NCBI RefSeq assembly: GCF_963921235.1 | Contig: NC_086097.1 | Coordinates: forward strand, 86,616,001-86,680,000 | Length of the DNA stretch: 64,000 nt | Direction: 5' to 3' | DNA from: Mobula hypostoma | Taxonomy: Eukaryota | Part shown: positions 54,277 through 64,000 of the stretch, piece after piece | How the letters are laid out: every line of letters begins with the position of its first letter | Numbering within the stretch: position 1 is the first letter of the stretch | Position numbers and translations under genes: made by a program | Notes under the pieces: model-generated | The model's database searches: none | The model's input: the letters and a program-made list of their open reading frames with translations, nothing else | Told to the model about the DNA's origin: nothing

Positions 54277-55688
54277 TAGTCATAGTCATACTTTATTGAT
54301 CCTGGGGTAAACTGGTTTTTGTTACAGTTGCTCCATAAATAATAAATAGTAATAAAACCATAAATAGTTAAATAGTAATATGTAAATTATGCCAGGAAAT
54401 AAGTCCAGGACCAGCCTATTGACTCAGGGTGTCTGACCCTCCAAGGGAGGAGTTGCAAAGTTTGACACAGGCAGGAATGACTTCCTATGACACTCTGTGT
54501 TGCATCTCGGTGGAATGAGTCTCTAGCTGAATGTACTCCTGTACCCACCCAGTACATTATGTAGTGGATGGGAGACATTGTCCAAGATGGCATGTAACTT
54601 GGACAGCATCCTCTTTTCATACACCACCGTGAGAGAGTCCAGTTCCATCCCCACAACATCACTGGCCTTACGAATGAGTTTGTTGATTCTGTTGGTGTCT
54701 GCTACCCTCAGCCTGCTGCCCCAGCACACAACAACAAACATGATAGCACTGGCCACCACAGACTCGTAGAATGTCCTCATCATCGCCCGGCAGATGTTAA
54801 AGGACCTCAGTCTCCTCAGGAAATAGAGACGGCTCTGACCCTTCTTGTAGACAGCCTCAATGTTCTTTGACCAGTCCAGTTTATTGTCAATTCGTATCCC
54901 CAGGTATTTGTAATCCTCCACCATGTCCAGACTGACCCCCTGGATGGAAACAGGGGTCACCGGTACCTTAGCTCTCCTCGGGTCTACCACCAGCTCTGTT
55001 GTCTTTTTCACATTAAGCTGCAGATAATTCTGCTCACGCCATGTGACAAAGTTTCCTACCATAGCTCTGTACTCAGCCTCATCTCCCTTGCTGATGCATC
55101 CAACTATGGCAGAGTCATCAGAAAACTTCTGAAGATGACAAGATTCTGTGCAGTAGTTGAAGTCTGAGGTGTAAATGGTGAAGAGAAAGGGAGACAAGAC
55201 AGTCCCCTGTGGAGCCCCAGTGCTGCTGATCACTCTGTCAGACACACAGTGTTGCAAGCACACATGCTGTGGTCTGCCAGTCAGGTAATCAAGAATCCAT
55301 GACACCAGGAAAGCATCCACCTGCATCGCTGTCAGCTTCTCCCCCAGCAGAGCAGGGTGGATGGTGTTGAACGCACTGGAGAAGTCAAAAAACATGACCC
55401 TCACAGTGCTCGCTGGCTTGTCCAGGTGGGCGTAAACACGGTTCAGCAGGTAGACGATGGCATCCTCAACTCCTAGTCGGGGCTGGTAGGTGAACTGGAA
55501 GGGATCTAAGTGTGGCCTGACCATAGGCCGGAGCAGCTCCAGAACAAGTCTCTCCAGGGTCTTCATGATGTGGGAGGTCAATGCCACTGGTCTGTAGTCA
55601 TTGAGGCCGCTGGGGTGCGGTGTCTTCGGCACAGGGACGAGGCAGGACGTCTTCCACAATACAGGAACCCTCCGGAGCCTCAGGAGGG
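54277..55688 (-). mobile_element. Young 5'-truncated Rex1/Babar LINE nested in a SINE
   Basis: 378 aa open RT frame (DYRPVALTS, FFDFSSAFNTI, GAPQGTVLSPFLF, KFSDD); (ATGACT)n tail; SINE halves at ~54205-54275 and ~55690-55865. Confidence 0.9.
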
Positions 55689-55984
55689 TTTGAACACTAG
55701 CCTAATCACAGGACAAATCACAGTGGCCATTTAACCTGCTAACTGATACATCTTGTTACTGTGGGAGGAGACCCACACATTCATGGGGAGAACGTACAAA
55801 CTCCTTACAGATGGCACTGGAAGTGAAGTCTGAACTCTGGAACTAACTGGCTGGCTACCGTGGCACCTAATTATTTTTTTTTTGCAAATTGCCATAGACC
55901 TATGGGGACCTATGCCATCCAGCAACAGACTTGAATAACTTCCACGGACAACTGATCAATAAATAAAAGCACCTTTTTTCCTCT

Positions 55985-56560
55985 CTATCTTTAAAATGTT
56001 CTACAGAAAGTTAACAGAGGAAAGGTCAACAGAAATGCAAAATGTGTTTTTATTGCAAGCGTATTTAAGCATAAGTGTAAAGATATCTTATTACTTAATT
56101 ATGTAGGGCCTGGTTGAGGCCATAACTGGAGTATTGTGAACAGCTTTGGTTGCCATAGCAAATCAAGATATAATTGATATCAAGTAGAGATTAGTCAACC
56201 TAGCTGTTGGGATACCATGTCCATCATATGAAGGGAAATAAATTTGGCCAAGAATGTTTTACAGCATAGGAGGCTCAGCAGTATCAATATGGGAAGGATG
56301 TTTCATTTTGTAGACAAAGGCAAACCTAGGCATTATAGTCTCAATATAAGGTAATGGTCACTTAGGATTGAAATAAGAAATTTCTTCATTTGAGGCATGG
56401 TGTATCTTTGGAATTCTCTACCCCAGAGAGTTGAGATTGATTGAATTCAAAATTGAAGATTGATAGATTAGTGGAATCAAAGAAAATAAGTATAGGAGAG
56501 GAAAATTATGTTGAAGTAAAAGATCAGCGATGATTTTGTTGAATGACAGAATAATTGTTT
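55985..56560 (+). mobile_element. Highly decayed CR1 3' fragment
   Basis: agggcctggttgaggccataactggagtattgtgaacagctttgg (RALVRP.LEYC.Q.W) and 3' UTR remnants. Confidence 0.55.
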
Positions 56561-57668
56561 TTTTCTATTGCAGCTGTTTCTTGCGTTCAAAAGCCAGGAG
56601 CAAACAAATAGGATTTAGGATTGATGTTGTTCTATTATGAAGTAAATGAAAACAAAAAAATGTATTTTAAAAGTGAAAGTTGGAGTACGTTCCATGCTCT
56701 TCCAAGGGAATGAGCTTCTATATACAAAATTACTTCTTCAGTACAAGAAAGGTAGTTAAATAATTACGATTCATATTCCATTAAAACTCAGTTAAGGCAG
56801 CTTAGCCTTTTGTCTTTTACAGCAAAATAATGCATATAACGTTGAAGCTTATTGTAATAATTGACTTATTCTTGATTGCCTTTGCAAACATCATAATACC
56901 TGAAGAATTAAAAATATTTGTGCTGGAGTATTTGGATTTTTAATCTTGCAACCTGGGTGCAAATGCCAGCAGCTGAAAAATTTTACCTTCTCAATTTCTA
57001 CTTTGCATGCACTTAGTTAGACACAGTGACCCAAAGCCCTGTTCCTCCCTAATATCAGCTTTTTCATTCTGCATTGCTGCTTGTTATTAAGACATGGTGA
57101 AAACTACAATTATTCTACTCATTTAGGGGAAAAACATGCTGAAACTGTGATATGAATTTTAGAAACACTCAGGGAATCAGACAACATTAATGGAGAAAAG
57201 TTAGTGAAGTTCTTCCATTTTGATCAAACATCTTCAAGCCAAAATCTATTTTTTTTCTTTGTGGGTACTCCTTGACTCTATCAATTGAAATTTTGTCACT
57301 TAATTGATGGAAAAGAAATCAATTTTGTCAGCTGTATGTGATGCATTAAAATTACCTTACTTTCTGAGGTGAGCATCACACTTTTAATATTAAAATAGAA
57401 TATGCACTAATGGAAGGATTAATCCACTAACTGCACAACAGTTGGTCAAATGTTAGGGTGGTTACATTTGTCAAACAAGTAATTTAGTACAAAATTAATT
57501 GGTGTTTGAAATAATATGCTAGTAATTCACAAATAATGCAGATGTGTGAAAGGTAAGCTTTGACTAATTGGATAAAGTACTTTGATTAATGAAGAAATGT
57601 AAGCATTAATTGAAGGGATGTAGGAAGGCAGTATTAATTGAGACACAAGCAGAGAGGAGTGGCAAATG

Positions 57669-58342
57669 AACGCAGCAGACCAGACCGCATCTCTAGGAAG
57701 AGGTACAGTCGACGTTTCAGGCTGAGACCCTTCGTCAGGATTAACTGAAGGAAGAGTTAGTAAGAGATTTGAAAGTGGGAGGGGGAGGGAGAGATCCAAA
57801 ATGATAGGAGAAGACAGGAGGGGGAGGGATGGAGCCAAGAGCTGGACAGGTGATTGGCAAAGGGGATATGAGAGGATCATGGGACAGGAGGTCCGGGGAG
57901 AAAGACGGGGGGGGGGGACCCAGAGGATGGGCAAGGGGTATAGTCAGAGGGACAGAGGGAGAAAAAGGAGAGTGAGAGAAAGAATGTGTGTATAAAAATA
58001 AATAACGGATGGGGTACGAGGGGGAGGTGAGGTATTAGCGGAAGTTAGAGAAATCGATGTTCATGCCATCAGGTTGGAGGCTACCCAGACGGAATATAAG
58101 GTGTTGTTCCTTGAACCTGAGTGTGGCTTCATCTTTACAGTAGAGGAGGCCGTGGATAGACATGTCAGAATGGGAATGGGATGTGGAATTAAAATGTGTG
58201 GCCACTGGGAGATCCTGCTTTCTCTGGCGGACAGAACGTCGACTGTACCTCTTCCTAGAGATGCTGCCTGGCCTGCTTTGTTCACCAGCAACTTTGATGT
58301 GTGTTGCTTGAATTTCCAGCATCTGCAGAATTCCTGTTGTTT
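57669..58342. mobile_element. Young fold-back Penelope-like insertion
   Basis: Minus copy (endonuclease C-terminus plus 3' UTR, 57669-58235) followed by a plus-strand tail (58235-58342); perfect 14 bp TSD aggagtggcaaatg (57655-57668 / 58343-58356). Confidence 0.92.
57706..57747 (-). ncRNA. Best-preserved minimal hammerhead ribozyme motif
   Basis: Minus strand aatc-CTGACGA-agg-gtctcag-cct-GAA-ACGT-C|gactg: complete core, palindromic ACGU helix III, GUC triplet. Confidence 0.78.
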
Positions 58343-58932
58343 AGGAGTGGCAAATGGTGGTTTTCCAGACCAGTGATTAGTGTACTGTGGTAATTCCCAC
58401 CCCCCCCCCACCCCCGGGATCTTTGTTGGGAGCACAGCTATGATTTTGTATGTGTTTAAAATCTGAGTTTGGATATTAAAAAAAAATTTTGAAGTTCATA
58501 AGTTCAAATAATGAGAACAATAGAAACAGGCTTGAGAGAAAGAAGTGGATAAGCTGCTGTATTGTCTGACTCATTGTGAATGACATTTACTCTGGGGTGT
58601 TTGAGGTGAATTTTTTTATTGGTGAAAAGAGAGCAGCAGCAAATAAATTAATACATAAAAAAATTTAAGTGTTTCTATAAGATGGAAGGTGTTCACATCT
58701 TTTTTTTAAAAGAGCCAGCCCAAATATTAAAGGCTGCTCTTTTTACAAGAGTTTATCAGATCATTGAGTTTGTAAATGGAGCATGTGATACGAATATAAT
58801 TAAGATTAATGACATTTTTATAAAACACTGGTTAGATTCCAGTCTGAATATTCTGTTTAATTCTGGGTACCGTATTTACAATATATGTTACAAAATGCTG
58901 GAAGAATTCAGCAAGTTGAGCAGTATCGATGG

Positions 58933-59240
58933 ACTCGTTATACTCTATACTTTATACTTTATTATTGCCAAACAATTGTTACTAGAACGTACAATCATCA
59001 CAGCGATATTTGATTCTGCGCTTCCCGCTCCCTGGATTACAAATCGATAGTAAATATTAAAAGTTTAAATGATAAATCATAAATAGAAAAATGGAAAGTG
59101 AGGTAGTGCAAAAAAACCGAGAGGCAGGTCTGGATATTTGGAGGGTACGGCCCAGATCCGGGTCAGGATCCGTTCAGCAGTCTTATCACAGTTGGAAAGA
59201 AGCTGTTCCCAAATCTGGCCGTACGAGTCTTCAAGCTCCT
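58933..59240 (-). mobile_element. Rex1/L2-type LINE 3' fragment inside a decayed fold-back PLE-tail element (~58890-59330)
   Basis: Reverse complement reads ..RFGNSFFPTVIRLLN then a 3' UTR with a short repeat tail; PLE tail halves on both sides. Confidence 0.6.
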
Positions 59241-61020
59241 CTGATGCAGGGTCTAGACTTGAAACATTAACTTACATCTTTTATGCAGAGATGTTGCTTG
59301 GCCCACTTAATTTTCCCAGGATTTTCAGTCTCTTGTGTTCAAAGATTTCAGGGTTCAGAAGAAATGCAAATGATGAAAAGTTTGGTTATTGCAGAGACTG
59401 GATAAACTGGGGTAGGTCTCCTTTGAGCGGACAAGGCTAAGGAAAGAAATAATAAAAATACTGAAACTAGGAAGCAAATAATGGATATGTAAAGAGAAAC
59501 TGTTTTCCATAGCAGAGGGACAATAATCAGAGTTAACATATAGATCAGGTATCATCTATAGAAGGAGGAAGTTAATGTTAAAGGTGGTTGACTTTGCATC
59601 AGAGCAAGCCAGTTCAGATACAAGGACTGATTACCTGAAATATTGTTATTTATTGTTGGAGCTCTCAGGCAAATGGGCAGAGGAAAGGTGACCTGATTTT
59701 ATGTTGACCTCTGTTGAAACAGTGAAGTGGACCAAAGACAAGATTATAGTGGGAAAGAGAAATTATACTGATGAACATTGCGAAAAGACTATAGGGGTAT
59801 TATATGAAGCTATCATCCTGTCTGTGTTGGATGTCTCTAGCGTAGTGAAGATTACTACATTGTAAGCATAGAATGCCTTACAATGGAAGAAATACAAATG
59901 AACTGCTGGTTTGTCATAGACAGAATGCTTAGGTTGCTGGATGGTGAGAAATGGCAAAAGGACTGGATTTGAATCTCTTGCAGCACCATGTTGGAGCTAG
60001 GAGAGCTCCTGCCTCAAATCTGTAGCAATTGAAGTTCAGTCCTGAATCTACCAATCCAGTCAAGTGTGAGGAATGAACAGTTTGACAAAATGTGCTGTAA
60101 AATCATAAGCTTGAACAAAACATTGAGGTCTTCAAATTAAAATAGCTTCTTTTTATTGTTTTACCGGGAAAAATAACTTCTGATAGTCTTGCAAGAATTT
60201 TCCTGGAAAGTAACTGATTCACATGTGTATATTCTGAGAGAAATTTAGGATTAATATTTCTTGCAACTTTTCTGCACATTGCCACCATTTTATAACAGTG
60301 ACAGGAAAAAAAATTGCACTTGGGCAACAGGTGGCTGAGTGTATCTCATGACTATGGGCACTGCTGTGAGTACAGATGACACCAAATAAACATGGATACT
60401 TAAGCTACTTTGTTACAAGAATCCATCTGTATCATTGTAATACCTTAAATATAAAATATTTTCTTAAAATTTCACATCTTTAACTCTTGGTTTCAGCTGT
60501 TTTCTTTTCCCACCCATTTCTGTATTGTGTGCTGGTCATATTCCTATGAGATAAAACACTGATCTTTGATTACTTATTGTGGTATTTTCAACTTGATTAT
60601 ATAACATTTTTGTATAGAAAGAACTGCCAAACATAAGTTGTCCAGTCTATTTTTCTGATGGAAATGGAGACTGTTCTGTCATTGAAATTTGTACTCTAAG
60701 AATGTAACTGACCTCCCAAGGCTTACATTAGACTTATGATGTAAATATTGGAAGTGGAAACATCTTTGCATTATCCTTCCTGAAGTTTTGTCAATATATT
60801 TAAATTGAATGCCAGATCTAACTGAATTTCTAATCAAACATTGAGTATTTAATCATAGTAGGGTGTATAATCTTAGGAAGAGTTTTGGAAATTGAATGGT
60901 ATTAGCTTGGGAGGCAAGAGAAAAAGAATATTTTAAGGGAATAATAAATACCATATTGTCACAACTTGCTTGAAATAAAAAAATAAAACTGCTGATACTA
61001 GAAATCTAAAATAACAACAG

Positions 61021-61140
61021 TAAGTGCTGGAAATGTTCAACAGGTCAGGCCACATCTGTGGGAAGAGAAACACGGGTAACATTTCAGCTGTTTTTCTCTT
61101 CCCATAGATGTGGCCTGACCTGATTATTTCCAGCAACTTA
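61021..61140. repeat. PLE-tail-derived hairpin (~50 bp arms)
   Basis: caggtcaggccacatctgtgggaagagaaa pairs with tttctcttcccatagatgtggcctgacctg; outer gctggaaat/atttccagc also pair. Confidence 0.8.
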
Positions 61141-62587
61141 TAAACATGTTTTAAAGATTCTCTGAAAATGATCTGTAATCATGTGGCACGGGTGATGACA
61201 GCTTGCGTTGCAGACGTGGGAAATAGTGGCCAAATTAATAAAACAATAAATTCTTATCTTTCCATTTTACTGCAGGGTAAGTTATATTGTTAATCAATAA
61301 ATCACCTTAGAAGTTGCGTGAAAGAAATGACTGAACTTTGCTGTTGTGAAGTATTACTGTATATTCTATATGTTTATAGCACAAACTGGATTACACCCAG
61401 AAGCTACACATTTGTGTTCTTGCTCCATTGAGTTTCCTTCTGTGTTTCTCCATCCAATTTTATCTTTCCATTTCCTTTGACCCATGTCTTTTAGTCCATC
61501 GATTGCCTCAGCTGTTCAGTGTGGTAGCAAAGTCAATATCTAAGCAGAGCAAAGTGCAGTTTGACATGCAAGTTTCTCTTGCACTCTGAACACCCAAGTT
61601 GGGCGGTCTTTCATTGATTCTGTTATGGTTATTATTCTATAGATTTATTGATTATGCCCACAAGGAAATGAATTTGCATCTTGATAATAAATTTATTTTG
61701 AACTTTGAGGTTTGTGGTGTATTGCTAGATGCATAAAATTCAAAACTGTTGCATTAAAATAAAGAATAATGCAATGCTTTATTTATCAGTCTCATTACTC
61801 AACTAAATTAAAAGAATGTGAAGTAGATCACATGTTGCTACCTGGGGAATATGCTCAGTTGCAAATCAAATCGTGGCCTGGGACTTACAGTGGGATGATA
61901 TATTACTGGTTCCTTACTCAGAAATTTTATGTGGTTATGATAGACCACTTGAAGCTGAACACATAATTTCAGACTACTTGAATCACGTAGAAATTTGGAG
62001 AAACAAGAAATTAACTTTTATTGAATATAATGCCTTTAATTGTATAATGGTGTGGACACTTAGCAATAGTTCAACTAAACTGTTTTGTCCATGATTTTTG
62101 TTTGTACTCAATGTCTGAGACTTCTCACTTAAGTGTCCAACAATAATCAACCAGCATTGATGGATTCCAGTTACCCTGATACCAATTCTATATGATCACA
62201 ATGTACTGTTGAAACCTTTCATCATCCTAGTCACTGACAGTGCCGAGATTTACAAGAAGTCTAAATGGGAATGCAACAAATGTGAGAAGCCCAGGCTTTG
62301 GATGTAAAATTGGCACCCCAGACAAAGTAGAGCTCATAGGCTTTCTTAATAAGTGTCATGCTCAATCTTTGCGATTTAAGCGTATACTCACTACAAACAA
62401 ATTATCGTGGCTGTTGCAACATTGGCAAGATATTTTGCTGTCACAGATACCTCTGAAAATACAATTACTTTATTATAATGTGCATGCTATGTGTGTAGAG
62501 CATGCGCATCAACATGATTGCAAACCAATATACATGTAAACGCAGTGCATAGAATGATATGTGTATGATGCTTTTATTGCCTTTCTA

Positions 62588-62651
62588 AAACTTGTCCTGC
62601 TCTGCAGTATCCACCCTGCCTATGCATGCCCAGGCATGCCTGGACAAGACG
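62588..62651. promoter_or_regulatory. Candidate p53/p63-family response element cluster
   Basis: RRRCWWGYYY half-sites: AAACTTGTCC (62588, perfect), then contiguous ATGCATGCCC (62622), AGGCATGCCT (62632, perfect), GGACAAGACG (62642). Confidence 0.45.
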
Positions 62652-64000
62652 GAAAACTTTTCGGCTTACATTGTGGATAACATTTTCATCGACTTGAATT
62701 ACGAATTGAAATAACAAATATAGGTGATTACATAAACATTGTGTGTGATAGGGAAATTTCATGATCAACAGCCCAAAATCCATAAGATATAGCCAAAAGT
62801 ATTCAGGAAGCAAAATCTTTGTTGTCCAGTGTTATAATTACTAATTTGGGTAATTTTAATTTTTTAGTAGCTATTTTTGGATACTCTGCTAACAATGTTA
62901 ATATCATTGTATCTTTTCACCTTTTAGAATTTATAGAATGGTTTGCATGTGCGGTTGATGCTTGAGAAATCTTCTTATTAACACAATTCTAATTTGTTTC
63001 ATTTTTATGTGATTAGTAAAAGAACTGAACATGGTACTCTTGGTATGCGAGAGGATTCTTTAAAATTCTTTGGCTCAAAAGTACATTTTGAAGTTGGCAA
63101 TTGTATGTGAAACAAAAAAAAGCTGGATGAATTCCATGGCATTCCCCGATCCAGAGTGTAATTTGATCATCTTTCTCCTTAAGTATATAATATAAACATA
63201 ATACTTGCTATATGTCAATTTTTTGGAAATACACACAGAACATTTAATTTGTTAGCAGTAAATTATCTTCAGACTTCTGTGAGCCTTACTGCTGAAATAC
63301 TACGATCAATCAGTGTGGGAGAAAATGCATTTTGTGTTAGTTTTGTTTGCTGATTGGAATATTTTGCCTGCATTAAATTTTAGTCGACAATACTGTGAAG
63401 TTGTGGAACTTGTGCCACATCTGATGAGTTTAAAAAAAATTAAAATTTACAATTCCTTATGATTCAATGAATGTATTAAGGAAAAAAAAAGGTCAGGCAT
63501 GAAATTGTACTTGGAAGTCTTGAAGCCTTGGAAGGAAGAGACATGGATGCAAGTTCACACTCCACTCTACGTATCTGCTTAACTTCTCAGATTTCCGAAG
63601 CTGGAAGTTATTGAGGGAACAGTTATTGTCTGAATTGGTTCTCCAAAACAAGCTCATTTTGCATGGTCGCTGGAATCCAGAGGGGACAATTTACAGCATA
63701 GTTTTGAATACAAAATGAGCTGACTGGCAGCTATGTAAAATTCTGAGAAATTTGTGATAAATCTTGTAATAGCAATAGATAAAGTTAAAGATCAACTCCC
63801 ACCTCCAGAAAAATTAATATTTATATTAACTTATTTCCAGAGGGAATCAAATCCTTGCATTCTGGTACAGGTAAAAAGCCAAACCAAGTCAAATAATTTT
63901 TTCTTCCACAAGTTGAACTAAGATTATCCAAAGTTTTGGTGGTTCATGCCATTTAGATTTATTAGATTAATTCCTGGGGTGAGGGATTTGTCCTAAGCAA

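Noticed and set aside
61769..62539. Short ORFs in unique intronic DNA
   Set aside because: No recognisable homology or convincing splice signals.

Overview
Repeat-dense vertebrate genomic DNA. The mix of CR1 LINEs, Penelope-like elements (PLEs), Rex1/Babar, SINEs and Tigger/hAT derivatives suggests a cartilaginous fish such as a ray or skate (inference). The only host gene I recognise is the CpG-rich promoter and first coding exon of pecanex-1 (PCNX1, + strand, 26313-26465). I found no second exon, so intron 1 appears to be >37 kb. Most of the rest is nested transposable elements: many CR1 copies (one near full length), a decayed Gypsy LTR element with a tRNA-Trp PBS, a young Rex1/Babar RT fragment, and non-autonomous Tigger and hAT (Buster/Charlie) elements. 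The most interesting signals are RNA-structural: (1) a ~560 bp non-coding RTE-type retroposon whose 5' end folds into an HDV-like ribozyme with unusual J1/2 and L3 insertions; (2) a PLE family carrying minimal hammerhead ribozyme motifs that repeatedly inserts as TSD-flanked fold-back units; (3) a ~100 bp module shared between two unrelated DNA-transposon superfamilies; (4) a ~310 bp near-perfect hairpin inside a Tigger derivative. All family assignments and folds were made by eye and need computational confirmation.
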